Virus record (IMG/VR): IMGVR_UViG_642918906_000001
Location: 192,001 to 256,000 of that record
Direction: 5' to 3' (one strand)
DNA: 64,000 nucleotides
Origin: a virus
Lineage: Duplodnaviria > Caudoviricetes
Part shown: positions 9,283 to 21,882 of the stretch, one piece after another
Position numbering within the stretch: the stretch's first letter is position 1
Layout of the letters: every line of letters begins with the position of its first letter
Position numbers and translations under genes: made by a program
The notes under the pieces: generated by a model
Databases searched by the model: none
What the model was told of the DNA's origin: nothing
Seen by the model: the letters and a program-made list of their open reading frames with translations, nothing else

Positions 9283-10935
9283 TTACTTCCTTGGGATAGG
9301 ATCGCCTGTCATATAACGCAGCGTCAAGTTAAGGGTATGAATATTCAGAGAGAATGCGATACCGCCACCGGCTCGAATATAGGCAAGACGGGATTTAAAG
9401 AATTTGTTGCACTCTGCAATGGACTCTTCCGAATAGCATGCAATCCACGAGGTGGTGTCACCATCGAAGTCAGCTGTGAGGGGAGCAAGGGTAGCAGGAG
9501 GTAGACTAATGGAGTCGTGCCACTGTGCTGGTTTGTTCAGTTCGAATACAGGGTATTCTAATGCAACTGGTAAAGTGTCATCACGTTCCCAATCCCAACC
9601 TAGTGGATAGCGCATCTCACCTTTAACAGTGGTTTTCAGGTACATGCGGCAAGGGATGGACGAGTTATAGTTCTCGATCGGGTAACGGGTAACAAAACCT
9701 ACAGTGGTATTCCACATAGATAAGCCTGCCAAGTAAACCAGCTCCGAATAAGTGAGTGGTCTAATGTTAGCCTTGTCTAAATGCTTTGGAAACTCAGAGA
9801 TATCGCGGAACACTTTAAATGTTTTATCCGGTCCTAGGTATACCAATGCCAGATAATGACCTTCGATCTCAATAGCCCGTGAACGCTGATCCACTACCTT
9901 AAGTTCGTTGATCACTTTCTCCAAACCATCAGGTGTACCCCATCGGTCGATTGTATCAACACCGATATCAACTGGCACCAACTTAAGCGTCTTCTTATCA
10001 ATAAGCTCAACTTGCTGTGTAAGGGTATCAAAGATACCGCTGAGTACAGAGTTACGCAAACCGAAGATCGTCTTAGGTTTAACCGATACAGCACCTTGAT
10101 ACAAACCGATCGCAACGTCTTTAAACTTAGGACGGTTAGGGAGGTCCAAGTCAGCAGCGTTAGTATCCAGAGAACTAATAACGTTTCGAGTACCGTTAAA
10201 GACTTTACGCGAAGCCCAGTTCGCCTGAATGAAACCACCTTTACCTGAGAGCAGTTTCTCATAATGCAGGTAGATCTCAAGTACTGTGTTCTGCAAAGCT
10301 ACACGCTTACGATCGTAAATCGACATGTCGTCATTAGGACCGAAGTACTCAGGAACGTCACGGGCTTGCATTAATAGACGACGATACATCTCGTTAACTT
10401 CGTCCATCGTAGTTCGACCGAATGCATCGATCTCAACTTCACGATAAGCGGCAGGTGCTACCAAGAATTGTTTCAGGATACAGTTAGGTTTATATTTCTC
10501 GATCAGTTGCAGTCGATTCAATCGAATACCGGAGCCTGTCGACTGGAAGTCAACGTTCTTCCAGTTATCAAAGAAGAAAGTATAACCTGTTTGACCTTCC
10601 AGTTCGTTGGACGGAACAAAGTCACGTAGGTTCCGATCGAAAATAGCAAACGCCTTACCGAGGATAATTTGTTCGTAGAAACTCTTGAGCTTTAGAATGT
10701 TACGGTAGATAACCGGATGGATTACGGGCAAACCCAGATCTATGTAACCAAAACGAGACTCACGGTCATTCGATCCGATCCGACCAAAGATCTCAACGGA
10801 GAACAAACCTTTCTCGTGAAAGTTACCGCCCAAGCCTTCGAAGATTTCGTGACTGGTGACTTGACCCAACATAGCGAGCTGTTGTTGAGTTGGAATCAGC
10901 AGTGAAATATTGAAGGGCAATAATGCCTTTTTCAT
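9283..10935 (-). CDS. virion RNA polymerase beta' N-terminal subunit (phiKZ gp180-like)
   Basis: GLFSVEIFG, FGYIDL..PVIHP, GKGGFIQ, RNVIS, TRYP and the catalytic ADFDGD motif. Confidence 0.93.
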   Translation of the reverse strand: MKKALLPFNISLLIPTQQQLAMLGQVTSHEIFEGLGGNFHEKGLFSVEIFGRIGSNDRESRFGYIDLGLPVIHPVIYRNILKLKSFYEQIILGKAFAIFDRNLRDFVPSNELEGQTGYTFFFDNWKNVDFQSTGSGIRLNRLQLIEKYKPNCILKQFLVAPAAYREVEIDAFGRTTMDEVNEMYRRLLMQARDVPEYFGPNDDMSIYDRKRVALQNTVLEIYLHYEKLLSGKGGFIQANWASRKVFNGTRNVISSLDTNAADLDLPNRPKFKDVAIGLYQGAVSVKPKTIFGLRNSVLSGIFDTLTQQVELIDKKTLKLVPVDIGVDTIDRWGTPDGLEKVINELKVVDQRSRAIEIEGHYLALVYLGPDKTFKVFRDISEFPKHLDKANIRPLTYSELVYLAGLSMWNTTVGFVTRYPIENYNSSIPCRMYLKTTVKGEMRYPLGWDWERDDTLPVALEYPVFELNKPAQWHDSISLPPATLAPLTADFDGDTTSWIACYSEESIAECNKFFKSRLAYIRAGGGIAFSLNIHTLNLTLRYMTGDPIPRK

Positions 10936-10972
10936 CTTACTTTACCTCAATGGGGTGTTTACGTGTTAACGA

Positions 10973-10976
10973 TATG
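10973..10976 (+). promoter_or_regulatory. possible late-promoter TATG motif upstream of tape measure gene
   Basis: TATG in the short divergent intergenic region; phiKZ late promoters carry TATG at the start site; the motif is short and weakly diagnostic. Confidence 0.35.
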
Positions 10977-11006
10977 AATCTTTAAGATATCGATGGAGTT
11001 ATTACA

Positions 11007-14000
11007 ATGGCTAAAAAGAGTGTGCCCTTACGGAAACCAGCTGGTTCTGATGGGCAAGGCAACATCAAAGTACCCGGTGGGCCAGTTGTTCTGGACCTGG
11101 GTGATTTCGACGATATCTTTGGTCCAATGGAAAGTGAATCGCCAAAGCAGGGTCCATTGGGTCAGTTCTACACTGGACTCAAAGACTCACTTAGTGATCG
11201 ATTTAAAACAAAAGACATCGTGCGTAACTTCCTGCGCTCGGCGGCACCTGACGGTATTTCTAACGTCATGGGTTTTGCCGACGAGGCTATGGCGGTAACA
11301 CGCGACATCAAAGAATCGCTGGAACGTACTAACGCTGCTGATTTACAATACATTGCCAAGAAAGCGCAACAGATCTTACCTCAGGTTAAAGACTACGTCT
11401 CTGAGGACACTTACAACAACATCAGTGAAGGTCTAGAGAATAAGATTGATGAGTATGACTATACCATCCAATCCGGTCGAGACCAGACAGCAATTCGTCG
11501 CGCTCGTCAAGAAGAGAGCGACAGCAATCAAATAAAAGCGGCGATGGATAACATCGCTCTAACAGAACGTTTAAACCATAACAAGTCTGAACAGGCTGCT
11601 AACGCACGTCATAACCAAAGTCGTGCCGAGAACTCGATCCGTGATGTCTTAACGACTAAACGTTTTGACTTCATGGCTAAGTCCATGGGTATGGCAGTTG
11701 ATTCATTACAACGCCTTGCAGGTTATAATGAACAAGTTGATTATGGGTTTCAAAGAAAAGGTTTAGAGTTACAGTTCCGTAGTTATCTCGGTATCAAAGA
11801 ACTGGTTAAGCTTTCTGAAGCGCACCTAGAACTTAATGCTCGGGCTTATAACTCGATCGTCCGTAACACAGCATTGGCGGATCATCAGAAGACTAATCGA
11901 AAAGATTTAGGTCAGATAGGTAATGGGCAATCCAATAGTCGTGGTTTTGCATCTAATGCAGCACGTGCAATTGGTGGGAAAACCCTCTCTCAGTTCTACG
12001 GTAATTATAGTGGTAACGTACAGTCTCGAGTGACCGACTCATTGAGTCAAAAGCTCGGTATGGCGGTACAAGCTATTAAGATGGGCGAGGCTGGCCCTAA
12101 CCTTTGGGATAACAAGTATTCGTTTGCTGGCGGTATTGCCGGAGACTTCCTGTCAGATTTCCTTCTTAACGACTTAGTCCCAATGATGGGTCGTGAAGCA
12201 CGTAGTCCACTGACCAAGCTTTCTAATAAATACGGTGGTCGTCATAACCAAGCTGGTTACCTCATGGACAACATGCCGGCATTCATGCAGGAGTTCGTGA
12301 ACAACAACCAAAATCAACATGGTTGGAAAGGTTCAATCCGTAATTTGATCGCCCCCTACGTTCCACAGTTTGGATTGCAGGATCGGTTACAGAACGGAAC
12401 GTTCCAAACAATTGACCAGCATGCGGCATTTAACCAAGCCACCCAACGTAGTATCGTTGACGCTATCCCAGGCTACCTTGCTCGTATCTTACAAGAGATG
12501 CGAATGATCCGTACTGGTAGTGACCAAGTAGCGCGCGAAGTTTTTGACATGACCACGGGTAAGTTTGGTGTCGAAGCTAATATGCATGACAACATTCAGA
12601 ATCGTATCTTACCAGAGAATGCTGTTCGTAGTGCTTCGGCTACTATTAACGATGCACTCAACCAGATCGACAAAGATGGTAAGCTTAGTGCCGGTGCGCG
12701 AAAGGCATTAGGTGAGCGGTTATTACGCGACTCATCATCTAACCAACGTTTCGATCCAGAGGCGTATATCCGCACACGCGGTTACGCCCAAGGCACTAGC
12801 CCAGAAGTAGCTGCTGAACTTGAGCAACATTTCCGTGGTCAGTTTGAGTTTGACAATAAGGGTAAGATGGCTGATACCGCCGCTAACCACCAACTACGCC
12901 AAGAGTTCTCTCAAGCCTTCTTAGACATCCGTAGTATTTCTCGTGATCCAATCAAAGAAATCAATCGGATGATTAACTCTGGTCATACTGAACCCCTCCG
13001 TGCGTTGGGTATCATTGTTACTGAGAAAGGTTACGATCGGATTAACTATCCACGTATCTGGGAAATCCTTCGTAGTGGCGTAACGGGTCATAACCCTTAT
13101 GCCCCTGGTGGTGATGGAAACGATCCTAACACAATCGATCGTTCTGGTGAGGCAGGTCATAAATCTTTTATGGGTCCACAACACCCAGGTCTCGTTAAAG
13201 CTTTTGCAGCAAATAAGCTTGATGCTTTCCGTACTAAGTATGCTCCAGAGGAACAAGCAGCTCGTGACGCGATGGCTAAGCACCTTAAAGCAATGAGAGG
13301 TCGCTTTGGTTCTGCGTCTAAGAACGTCCAAGAGACCTTTGCAGACCTTACAGGCGGAAAGGGTACCGATTATACTCCTGGCATTCAAAGCTTCTCTAAG
13401 ATGATGTCAGCGGGCCCAGGCTTTGGTCCACAGAATCTAGGTGGTGGTTACTCCTCGTTTGTAGGTCAAGCTGTAGACGACCATAAAGACTCGATGCAAG
13501 GCTATGTCGCTAACGGCATGCAGCAACTCACTGACCTTTATAGTTCGTTTGATCCAACTCAACCAGTTATCAAAGGTATTGACTTTAGTATGGGTGATCT
13601 AATCGACATCAATACCAAGAAGATAATTACAAAGCCTTCTGATATCACAGGTGAAGTAATCAACCGACTCGGTCAGACTGTTGTAACTGCAACTGAAGCA
13701 GCAGCTGGCCTACTCTCACCTAAGGGTGAAGTTATTGTCAAAGCCGTTGAAGCTGGTGCAGCTGCAATTAGTAAAGCTATCGGGTTGAACCGAAAGACTA
13801 ACCAATCTGAGTCGTCTACCGACAATGAGTCAACAGATCCTAACGGGGCTGAACAACTCAATAAACAGGACTGGTCGTTGGGTCCTGGTGAGAATCCTAT
13901 TATCACCGCACGTGGTATGTTGAATGGCGACTATCGTGACGCAGCGGGTAAGATCATTGATTCGATCGCTGACATCAGTTCTGACGTTTATGACAAGACT

Positions 14001-17000
14001 GGTAACTTAGTATTAACGGCTAAAGAGTTTGCTAACGGTCTTTGGTCTAAACGTACTGGTAAACGATACCGTCCGACTAAGGGGTTGTCTAAATTACTTG
14101 CCCTTGCAAAAGGCGCATCAAAGTTCTCTGGAACTAATGCCACATCAATGGGCTTTGCTGCCATGAAGTTTGCAGGTAAAGCAGCACTAGGTGTAGCTTC
14201 CGCAGCATTTAACTTTGTAATGGATAACCAGAATGCATACCTTCCAGGTGAACCTGTTCCGGTAATCACTCGTCGGCAATTGCAGGCTGGTGAATATTAC
14301 GATGACAAAGGTAAAACCATCGAAGACTTCGCAGACGTTTATTCTCCTATTTACAATGCTCAAGGTGAGGCAGTAATTGCACCAGAGTTATATAAACAGT
14401 TGACTAACTTCGACGGGTCTAAACACGTACTGGCTAAGAACCGTCGTATCTGGGCTAAATTCATCATGCGTCCTATCCGGGCTGTTCGTGATGCTTATAT
14501 GCGTCAAACCAAACGCTATTACAAATGGCTTGGTAAGACGACAGCGAAAGCGGGAGGTTGGTTAGGCGGTAAATTGTTTGGTGGCTTTGCTAAGAGGGGT
14601 AGTAACCTCTTAGGTTCTGCTTTTGATAGCGTAGAAGATCCAAACACCAAAGCGCAGATCGATGCAACATTAATGGCTTCGCAGCAACAGACTTCTGTAA
14701 TGGAACAAGTGTTGCAGGCTATTCAGGACCTTAAACCAAAAGAGCTTCGTAAGGGTAGTTGGCAAGAACAAGCTGCTCGCAAGATGGGGCTTGGTTCAAA
14801 AGATCCTAAAGCTGCTGGCAAAGACGGCGATGAGAAACAAGCCGGATTCCTTAAACGTGGGTTAGCTGGTTTGGCATCAATGCTTGGCCTTGGTAATAAA
14901 GGTGAGGACGATGACGATGATGGATTCGGTCTTGAGGATGCAGCTGACTTAGCTGACATCGGTGATGCTGCTGGTAATGCTCGTGAACGGGGACGTAGAC
15001 GTCGCGGCGGTAAGCGCGGTTGGTTCGGTCGTATGTGGGACAAAGCCAAAGGTTCCAAGCTCGGTAAGTGGGGTGGTGGTCTGGTCGAGAAAGCGGGTCA
15101 GTCTCGTCTTGGTCAGATGGCCGGTCGTGGCCTAGCCATGGCTGGTGAATCGGCAGCGGGTCGTGCTGGTCTTGGTGTGGTTACTCAGGTAGCTAAGCGT
15201 CCAACGCTCTGGACGGCGGTTGCAGCGGCTTCCGTTGGTATGGGTGCTTACCTATACTCCAGTATCAAAAGCTCGTCTGGTGAGTTCCGTAGACTGCGTC
15301 TGGCACAATACGGTATCCGTGGGATGCGTCGTGAACTGAAGGTACTTGAGCTGGAAGCACTCCTTGAGAAATACACTGACAAGAACTCTGATTCACCGTC
15401 GTTCAGCCTTAATGGTGCCGGGGCTAAAGACATCTTGAGTATCATGGGTATTGATCTGGATAACCAAGCCGAGGTACAGAACTTTGCTAAGTGGCTTGAC
15501 CTGCGTTTTAAACCTGTTTATCTTGCGTGGATCGGTGGTCTTAATAAGATCGGTCAATCTCAGGTTAAGATAAATGAGATCGATGACAAAGTTCCTAAAG
15601 AACTCAAAGCCGACTTGTTGGACTCGGTACGGTTCCCTTACAATGGTGATACCCCATACGCTGTTTTGGTTAACCCATTTGATCCAGATGATACCCCAGA
15701 ACCTAACGCTGAATACATCTCCAAGATGTTCGATGAACTGAAAGCTGAGTACGATCCTGAAAGGAAAGCTGCTGAAGCCAAAGTTGATAAGAAAGGTGAT
15801 GGTAAAGGGACGATGGAGAAAGCGGCTGCTGCTGGTACTATTGGCACTGCTGTTGCAACTGGGAACGCGGCTAAAGACTTGGTAACCAAACAAGCTGCTG
15901 CCGGCGACAAGAACAGTGATGTACTGAAGACTCCTTTGGCCGCTACGGCTGCCGCAGCGTCGAGTATGTCAGGGACAATCGCAAACCTGAACGAACGTAT
16001 CGGTAACTCCATCACGGGGCTCCAAGCGATTCGTATGCGTGCTTACGGTGTACAGACGTTGCATTTGTCTGACGTACGTAGCTTACTGGCTTTGGAAGCG
16101 GTATATGCCAAAGACCTGACTGCGGTAGATGGTGTCGTTGACTACAATGGTGACGAATCTAAACTGCTTGCAGCCGCAGGTGCGTTGTTAGGTAAGGATA
16201 CATCGGTTGGTTCAAGTGATCGTCCTAAACTCTACAACTGGTTGGTTCAACGTTTTGGTCCAACATTCCGTGCCTACTACGGTACAGCTAAAGGTTTAAA
16301 TCCTTCTGCTGAACTTAAGTCTATGGAATCCAAGTTAAGTGGTGCTGATAAAGTAACTGTAGGTCAAGCCGTAATGGGTGCGGTCTATCGTCACGATCAA
16401 ACAGTGTGGGATAGTGAAAGTATCTTTGATGTTAAAGGTCCTTTGTCAGATCTTAAGCGTTTGGCTGATGCCGACTTAGAACAACTGCGGAAAGACTCTG
16501 CGAAGGAAGTCATTGACTCTCCAACCCAGAAAGGTTCCGATCAGATGGCTGGTAAGAATGCTGCTGAAACTGGTGGCAGTTTTGCTGACAAAGTCGTAGG
16601 TACTATCAAAGACACTTGGAACAAAACCACTGAGACTGTATCCGGTGCTTGGAACCGGGCATCTGACGCTGCGCAGGATACATATGCCGGTGCTAAGATT
16701 GCTATCGGTATGGGTCCTGACTACGGTGAGGGTGGTGCCAAAGGTGGTGCTGTTAAATCCACGGGTACAGGCGGCACAATGCTTTCGGGTACAGGTGGTA
16801 AGTTTGAGGAACTCCCTTATCCTTCTGCTAACGGTTCTATCAAAGCAGCATACCCAACTTTGTTGGCTGCTGGTAAGATGACTGGTGTACCGGTAGACTG
16901 GTTGACAGTGATTGCAGGTATTGAATCTAACTTTAACTACGATATCAAAGCATCAACCTCCAGTGCAACTGGTTGGTATCAGTTTATCGACAGTACTTGG

Positions 17001-18020
17001 GATCAGGTAGTTAAACAGTACGGTGCCAAATACGGTATCCCTGGGAAACAAGCTGACCCTGAGCGTAAAGCCCGTAAAGACCCTCGTGCCAGTGCCCTGA
17101 TGGGTGCCGAGTTCATTAAGGCTAACTACGCCACTGTTAGTAAAGGTATTGGTCGTAATGACTTAACTGATACTGATATCTACATGGCTCACTTCTTAGG
17201 TCCAGGTGGGGCAATCAAGTTCCTTAAAGCTGATCCTAACGCAATGGCTTACAAGATCTTCAGCAAAGAATACTCGGCTAACATGGCGATCTTCTTTGTG
17301 AACAGTAAACCTTCTCAACCGCGTACCATTTCTGACGTCTATAAGCTATTCCAAGCTAAGATGGATAAGTTCTGGAATACTGTTGGTAAAGGTTACCGTC
17401 AGGGTTCTGGTGAGTCACCGAGTAATACGGCCAACGCCGATGCTCAAACTCCGGGCGCTGTAGAGAATAGCCAAACTGCTGATGAAGCTGCAATGAAGGA
17501 TAAACTGAAAGCCGAGGCCTCTAACAAAGACGGTATGGGTTCTGACACTAAGGGTGAACAACCTGCTGGTGGCAACAGTGATATCAAACAAGGTGATGGT
17601 ACTGGTTCAGTTCAGTCCTTAGCCCGCAACACTGCTCCAATGCCGGGTGCTCCTGCAACTGGTGGCGGTAGTAGCTCTTCGGTTAGTAACACTGGTACTG
17701 ACTCGGGTGCAGGTACAGCTGACTCGCAACAGCAAGCTCAGCTAGATGCAGCTCAAGCTCAGAATACTCGTCGTGCAGCGGAAGTAAAACGTGATCAGAA
17801 TGTGGCGGCGGATGTTAATGACATCCAAGTTCGGCAACTGAATACACTGTTTGAAATCCGTGACCTGACACAACTCCAATTGGATAACTCCAAAGATTTG
17901 TTGAAGGCATTCACTGGCGGTCAATCGGCAGGTGGGCAAGGTTCAGGTAATAATATGAATCCGTCTACGATGCAGGGTCGTCCAGCTGCCCAGCGTGAAA
18001 GCAGTGTGACACTACGCTAA
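11007..18020 (+). CDS. tail tape-measure / structural peptidoglycan lytic transglycosylase (phiKZ gp181-like)
   Basis: 2337 aa, Ala/Gly-rich; C-terminal SLT domain [36 protein letters not shown]; synteny. Confidence 0.88.
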   Translation: MAKKSVPLRKPAGSDGQGNIKVPGGPVVLDLGDFDDIFGPMESESPKQGPLGQFYTGLKDSLSDRFKTKDIVRNFLRSAAPDGISNVMGFADEAMAVTRDIKESLERTNAADLQYIAKKAQQILPQVKDYVSEDTYNNISEGLENKIDEYDYTIQSGRDQTAIRRARQEESDSNQIKAAMDNIALTERLNHNKSEQAANARHNQSRAENSIRDVLTTKRFDFMAKSMGMAVDSLQRLAGYNEQVDYGFQRKGLELQFRSYLGIKELVKLSEAHLELNARAYNSIVRNTALADHQKTNRKDLGQIGNGQSNSRGFASNAARAIGGKTLSQFYGNYSGNVQSRVTDSLSQKLGMAVQAIKMGEAGPNLWDNKYSFAGGIAGDFLSDFLLNDLVPMMGREARSPLTKLSNKYGGRHNQAGYLMDNMPAFMQEFVNNNQNQHGWKGSIRNLIAPYVPQFGLQDRLQNGTFQTIDQHAAFNQATQRSIVDAIPGYLARILQEMRMIRTGSDQVAREVFDMTTGKFGVEANMHDNIQNRILPENAVRSASATINDALNQIDKDGKLSAGARKALGERLLRDSSSNQRFDPEAYIRTRGYAQGTSPEVAAELEQHFRGQFEFDNKGKMADTAANHQLRQEFSQAFLDIRSISRDPIKEINRMINSGHTEPLRALGIIVTEKGYDRINYPRIWEILRSGVTGHNPYAPGGDGNDPNTIDRSGEAGHKSFMGPQHPGLVKAFAANKLDAFRTKYAPEEQAARDAMAKHLKAMRGRFGSASKNVQETFADLTGGKGTDYTPGIQSFSKMMSAGPGFGPQNLGGGYSSFVGQAVDDHKDSMQGYVANGMQQLTDLYSSFDPTQPVIKGIDFSMGDLIDINTKKIITKPSDITGEVINRLGQTVVTATEAAAGLLSPKGEVIVKAVEAGAAAISKAIGLNRKTNQSESSTDNESTDPNGAEQLNKQDWSLGPGENPIITARGMLNGDYRDAAGKIIDSIADISSDVYDKTGNLVLTAKEFANGLWSKRTGKRYRPTKGLSKLLALAKGASKFSGTNATSMGFAAMKFAGKAALGVASAAFNFVMDNQNAYLPGEPVPVITRRQLQAGEYYDDKGKTIEDFADVYSPIYNAQGEAVIAPELYKQLTNFDGSKHVLAKNRRIWAKFIMRPIRAVRDAYMRQTKRYYKWLGKTTAKAGGWLGGKLFGGFAKRGSNLLGSAFDSVEDPNTKAQIDATLMASQQQTSVMEQVLQAIQDLKPKELRKGSWQEQAARKMGLGSKDPKAAGKDGDEKQAGFLKRGLAGLASMLGLGNKGEDDDDDGFGLEDAADLADIGDAAGNARERGRRRRGGKRGWFGRMWDKAKGSKLGKWGGGLVEKAGQSRLGQMAGRGLAMAGESAAGRAGLGVVTQVAKRPTLWTAVAAASVGMGAYLYSSIKSSSGEFRRLRLAQYGIRGMRRELKVLELEALLEKYTDKNSDSPSFSLNGAGAKDILSIMGIDLDNQAEVQNFAKWLDLRFKPVYLAWIGGLNKIGQSQVKINEIDDKVPKELKADLLDSVRFPYNGDTPYAVLVNPFDPDDTPEPNAEYISKMFDELKAEYDPERKAAEAKVDKKGDGKGTMEKAAAAGTIGTAVATGNAAKDLVTKQAAAGDKNSDVLKTPLAATAAAASSMSGTIANLNERIGNSITGLQAIRMRAYGVQTLHLSDVRSLLALEAVYAKDLTAVDGVVDYNGDESKLLAAAGALLGKDTSVGSSDRPKLYNWLVQRFGPTFRAYYGTAKGLNPSAELKSMESKLSGADKVTVGQAVMGAVYRHDQTVWDSESIFDVKGPLSDLKRLADADLEQLRKDSAKEVIDSPTQKGSDQMAGKNAAETGGSFADKVVGTIKDTWNKTTETVSGAWNRASDAAQDTYAGAKIAIGMGPDYGEGGAKGGAVKSTGTGGTMLSGTGGKFEELPYPSANGSIKAAYPTLLAAGKMTGVPVDWLTVIAGIESNFNYDIKASTSSATGWYQFIDSTWDQVVKQYGAKYGIPGKQADPERKARKDPRASALMGAEFIKANYATVSKGIGRNDLTDTDIYMAHFLGPGGAIKFLKADPNAMAYKIFSKEYSANMAIFFVNSKPSQPRTISDVYKLFQAKMDKFWNTVGKGYRQGSGESPSNTANADAQTPGAVENSQTADEAAMKDKLKAEASNKDGMGSDTKGEQPAGGNSDIKQGDGTGSVQSLARNTAPMPGAPATGGGSSSSVSNTGTDSGAGTADSQQQAQLDAAQAQNTRRAAEVKRDQNVAADVNDIQVRQLNTLFEIRDLTQLQLDNSKDLLKAFTGGQSAGGQGSGNNMNPSTMQGRPAAQRESSVTLR

Positions 18021-18023
18021 CAC

Positions 18024-18047
18024 TAGCCGGTCCTTCGGGACCGGCTA
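18024..18047 (+). terminator. intrinsic terminator
   Basis: TAGCCGGTCC-TTCG-GGACCGGCTA. Confidence 0.8.
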
Positions 18048-18070
18048 TTATTCCTTTCGAGGTTACAATA

Positions 18071-20071
18071 ATGGCCGAAGACTTACAACCCATCTGGCTA
18101 CGGAAAGCTTTCATGCTTCCAGTCAGTTATGATAAACGGAGTTATGGTTCTGGCGCAAAGCGTCGGGGCGCTAACTCAGCAGCATTCAAATTTACAAACA
18201 CATCCCCAGGCGGTAGCTTCCCAATCAACATGTTGCCCCAGTACACTCGTTATGCCGATATACGCGTACCGAGTCGTGGTCGTAGTCACAGTGATCGATT
18301 CCTAGGTATGGGTCGATACTACTCCGAGGCACATGACGACACCAAACAAGAAATTCACATGTCATTCGGCGTACCACGATTTAGTAGTTGGACGAGTTTC
18401 TTCACCAACTTCTACGATCGCAGTGCCGCGGCAATGGCTAACACGGGTGCAGGTACTGGACTGTGGTACAACTTAGGTAACGCGGCTGGTCTTTTAGTAT
18501 CGCTACCAGCACAGCCATTCATCTTGGGTTTGACGGGTACGATGCGAGTGATTAACTTCCTCACTCAGTCTCAGCCTTCTAAATGGTTCTACTTCAAACC
18601 TACAATGCACACGTACTGGTCCAGTGTTAACACCCTAGCTAACGAATTTGCAATCGGCCTAGGGATCACACCGTGGTTCTGGGCTAAAGAAGATGACCAG
18701 TTGGCCACACCGGGTGAGAAAGTAACAAAAGCTGACCTTGCCGAAATTAGTCGTATCTTCCCAACATTGTTTAGACCTGATGGTGGTGTGGATGTAATGG
18801 CACTGTCAGGCCGTGCTCAACGTATGTCCGATGCTTCACAGAAGTCTACTAAGGCTTTGATGGAGAAAGCGCGTACTATCGATGAACTGAATGCCGCCAC
18901 TGAGAAAGCAATGTCTCAGCCGGTAGAAGACCCTAACCCTGGGATCGATGCTCGAACTTACTTCCTTAACTACGTTGACACCATTGATAAGAAAGCTAGT
19001 GAAGACCCAACCGGTATTATCGATAACGAATTCTTCTCAAGCTGGTCTGACCTACAGCACATGTACAAATACATCGTGGGCGCTCAGCACGATGGTCAGC
19101 AGTTTGTTACCTTACGAGCTGACTATAATGGCGAGGTATCTGAAAGCTTTAGTAACTCTACCAAAGAAGTTGGCGTTGTACAAACCCTGAACACAAAAGT
19201 GAACGAAGGTCGTTCAGCAGCATTTAACTTCATGGGTGGTAACATTACTGAAGGCGTTGGCGCAATGACGGGTATGATTGCCGACTTTGTAACGGGTGCT
19301 CTAGATTCGGTAAACCTAGGTGGCTTGAGTGTTCTTACTGGTTCGGCATTCGTAGACGTTCCCGAGTACTGGGACTCTGCAATGGCCAGTCTACCAACTG
19401 CACAATACACGATCCCATTGATTACACCTTACGGTAACGTGATCTCACGCTTCCTCAATATCTATCTGCCGTTGGCGATGATTCTCCCTATGGGTCTACC
19501 ACGTTCAGCGGGCCGTTCTTCGTACACTGCCCCATTCTTGGTACAGATGTTCCATAAAGGCCGGGTACAACGTCAACTAGGGATTGTGGATTCTATTCAG
19601 ATCCGTCGTGGTACTGGTAACGTAGGCTGGAACGCTAACCACGAGATGTTAGGTTGTGAGGTAACCATTGGTGTTAAAGACCTGTCTAAGATCATGCATA
19701 TTCCTATTAAGGGTGGCTTCGCTTCCCCTAGCTGGATTGGCACTGGCGCTAGATGGGCTACAGCAACGGGCGCAGAGGCCGTTGTGAGTGCTGCTGGTGG
19801 TAACGGTGATGCTGGTATCGGCGCAGCCTTGGCGTTGACTGACGGTGCTGTGTGGGACGAACAATCCCTATTTAACGATTACGTTGCTACGTTGTGTTCT
19901 CAAAGTTGGAGTGATTTGTATTACGCAGGTAAACGGCTTAACTTGAACTTGACTCGAACAGTACAGTCATTTAAATCATGGCGTTCTCCATCTAACTTCG
20001 CTTCGTGGGTACTGGATGGTGATGTTGCACGTACGTTGTCTGCATTCGTACAAACGACTTCGCGATTCTAA
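18071..20071 (+). CDS. virion structural (baseplate/tail hub) protein, phiKZ gp182-like
   Basis: 666 aa, GAGG RBS; [21 protein letters not shown] and PEYWDS motifs; follows the tape measure gene. Confidence 0.75.
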   Translation: MAEDLQPIWLRKAFMLPVSYDKRSYGSGAKRRGANSAAFKFTNTSPGGSFPINMLPQYTRYADIRVPSRGRSHSDRFLGMGRYYSEAHDDTKQEIHMSFGVPRFSSWTSFFTNFYDRSAAAMANTGAGTGLWYNLGNAAGLLVSLPAQPFILGLTGTMRVINFLTQSQPSKWFYFKPTMHTYWSSVNTLANEFAIGLGITPWFWAKEDDQLATPGEKVTKADLAEISRIFPTLFRPDGGVDVMALSGRAQRMSDASQKSTKALMEKARTIDELNAATEKAMSQPVEDPNPGIDARTYFLNYVDTIDKKASEDPTGIIDNEFFSSWSDLQHMYKYIVGAQHDGQQFVTLRADYNGEVSESFSNSTKEVGVVQTLNTKVNEGRSAAFNFMGGNITEGVGAMTGMIADFVTGALDSVNLGGLSVLTGSAFVDVPEYWDSAMASLPTAQYTIPLITPYGNVISRFLNIYLPLAMILPMGLPRSAGRSSYTAPFLVQMFHKGRVQRQLGIVDSIQIRRGTGNVGWNANHEMLGCEVTIGVKDLSKIMHIPIKGGFASPSWIGTGARWATATGAEAVVSAAGGNGDAGIGAALALTDGAVWDEQSLFNDYVATLCSQSWSDLYYAGKRLNLNLTRTVQSFKSWRSPSNFASWVLDGDVARTLSAFVQTTSRF

Positions 20072-20145
20072 AAATTACTGGGGTGGTAGATTCTACAGAG
20101 GATCTACCGTCCCCTTAACTTTTATTCCCCATCGAGGATGCAATA

Positions 20146-20634
20146 ATGTTTAAACAGTTTATCTTGTGGTTGGTAACTAAGTTACTGACCCCGCGTGATC
20201 GCCTGCAACTTGTAGTGGATGATGGCTTCCTGGCCAACCCTCGTCGCACTATTGACAACCTTTACCATGTGGCCCACTCTAATAAACACGGTGTAAAATT
20301 CGAATCATTTGACCGTGTATCGGCAAAGCGGCTATCTGAATTCGATATCTCTGGGTCTGTCTATATAGCCGTACTGTTTGCCTTACATGACAAACTTATT
20401 GCATGCACTGGCGGCAGTTGTTTTGAAGAGGAGGTTCGCAACTTCTTCCATAAAGTGAACACTATTAAAGGTCATGGTAACCGTCTGAAGGTTAGTAAAG
20501 ATCTTTTCGAGTTGGTACGCAAAGAGACCCTGTTTGCCAACGAGCAAGATATTAATCTGGTAGCGCATGTATTGCAGCACCAGTACATCGACACTGAAGC
20601 AACTACTAAATTCCTCACTAACACTGGAGTGTAA
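20146..20634 (+). CDS. hypothetical protein
   Basis: GAGGA RBS, 162 aa. Confidence 0.7.
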   Translation: MFKQFILWLVTKLLTPRDRLQLVVDDGFLANPRRTIDNLYHVAHSNKHGVKFESFDRVSAKRLSEFDISGSVYIAVLFALHDKLIACTGGSCFEEEVRNFFHKVNTIKGHGNRLKVSKDLFELVRKETLFANEQDINLVAHVLQHQYIDTEATTKFLTNTGV

Positions 20635-20637
20635 CCC

Positions 20638-21162
20638 ATGAGCCTTATCCAATCGATTGCCAAAACTATCTACACCACCTTCGTTCCTGAGAACGTGCGT
20701 CAAGAAGAAGCTACAGCTATTCTGTCCGATAACAACCGTGCTAGTATGGCGTTGTCTTACATCGGTAAAGAAGCGGCTACGCTCGATCACAGCTCGCAGG
20801 AATACAAACGTGCCTTGGGTGCAGCTGAAGCTCTGGTACTACTGCACAACCGTGCGTCTAGCTTTACTCAGATGTGCCGTAGTATGGTACGCCGTACTTC
20901 CACAGATTCGTACTACGTTACTGCTGTTCTGGGTAACCTGGTTTATAAAACTGAATCGTTGGCATCTGGTCAAACCTCTACCCAAGGTGGTGAAGCTGAT
21001 AAACTGCTGAAAGCTATCGCCGTTGAAGTAGCTGCTGCGAAAGAAGAGAAGTCTTTCATCAAACGTCGTAGCATTATCCGCAATGCGGTTAAGCGTGAGC
21101 TCCCAACGATGACTGCTGACGACCTGAGTCTGGCCGTTGAATTGATCCTCAATAATGTGTAA
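20638..21162 (+). CDS. hypothetical protein
   Basis: GGAG RBS, 174 aa. Confidence 0.75.
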   Translation: MSLIQSIAKTIYTTFVPENVRQEEATAILSDNNRASMALSYIGKEAATLDHSSQEYKRALGAAEALVLLHNRASSFTQMCRSMVRRTSTDSYYVTAVLGNLVYKTESLASGQTSTQGGEADKLLKAIAVEVAAAKEEKSFIKRRSIIRNAVKRELPTMTADDLSLAVELILNNV

Positions 21163-21183
21163 TTCACTATAAAGGATTCTTTA

Positions 21184-21783
21184 ATGGAAAGTATTATCAC
21201 TGGCCTTACTTGGGCCAAAGGTCTTGAGTCCGCTGACGGCGTAGCTCAGGTAGTAGATGTAAAAGAAGCTAAGTCTCACATTGACATTGATGACGTCGAT
21301 CAAAACGATGTTAAAGATGAAGACACTGAGACCCTACCTAATACCGATGGTGGTGATGAAGTTAAGGTTGCTACTGACCATGACGTGGTCTCGGCTGAAT
21401 CGGCGACAGTAGTGTCTGGTGATGAAGGCGGTAAAGTGATCGAGGCCATGTCCGTCGATCCTATCTCTGGTGCAGCTAAGCGGTTTGTGATCTCGGGCTT
21501 TAATGCCCAGACTAACCCAGCTGCCGAGCCGGGTGATAACCTGCTGAGTCTGGTAATCCTGTTGCAGAACGGTATTATCCCAGAAGTAGGTGTTAACGGT
21601 GTTACATGTGAAGACCTTCTGAAAGTAGTCGAGGAAGTTTTCGTAAGCTTCCAAGAAGGTAAGTTCGCATGTGAAGAAAACGAGGAAGTCCTCCAAGGTG
21701 TACGTATGGCACAAGCAGCCATTACTAAACGCCTGCTTCGTCGTGAATCCCAAGGTACCGAAGGGACCTACAAAGGTAACTGA
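21184..21783 (+). CDS. Tad1-like (Thoeris/CBASS signal sponge family) protein with acidic N-terminal extension
   Basis: C-terminal LQNG...GVNGVTCEDLLKVV..VFVSFQEGKFACEEN..L......I.KR..RRE..GTEGT matches the Tad1 family pattern as recalled. Confidence 0.7.
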   Translation: MESIITGLTWAKGLESADGVAQVVDVKEAKSHIDIDDVDQNDVKDEDTETLPNTDGGDEVKVATDHDVVSAESATVVSGDEGGKVIEAMSVDPISGAAKRFVISGFNAQTNPAAEPGDNLLSLVILLQNGIIPEVGVNGVTCEDLLKVVEEVFVSFQEGKFACEENEEVLQGVRMAQAAITKRLLRRESQGTEGTYKGN

Positions 21784-21789
21784 CATAAC

Positions 21790-21809
21790 GCCCTTCCTTC
21801 GGGAAGGGC
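21790..21809 (+). terminator. intrinsic terminator
   Basis: GCCCTTCC-TTCG-GGAAGGGC followed by TTTATTT. Confidence 0.85.
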
Positions 21810-21830
21810 TTTATTTCGTAGTAGAAAATA

Positions 21831-21854
21831 TTTGAGATTTATATTACTGCTATG
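21831..21854 (+). promoter_or_regulatory. phiKZ-type early (vRNAP) promoter
   Basis: TTTGAGATT-TATATTAC-N5-TG. Confidence 0.75.
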
Positions 21855-21882
21855 TATTCTAAACTAGATGTAAGAATAACCC

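Noticed and set aside
12921-19864. Minus-strand ORFs within the tape measure and baseplate genes
   Set aside because: Antisense shadows of low-complexity coding sequence
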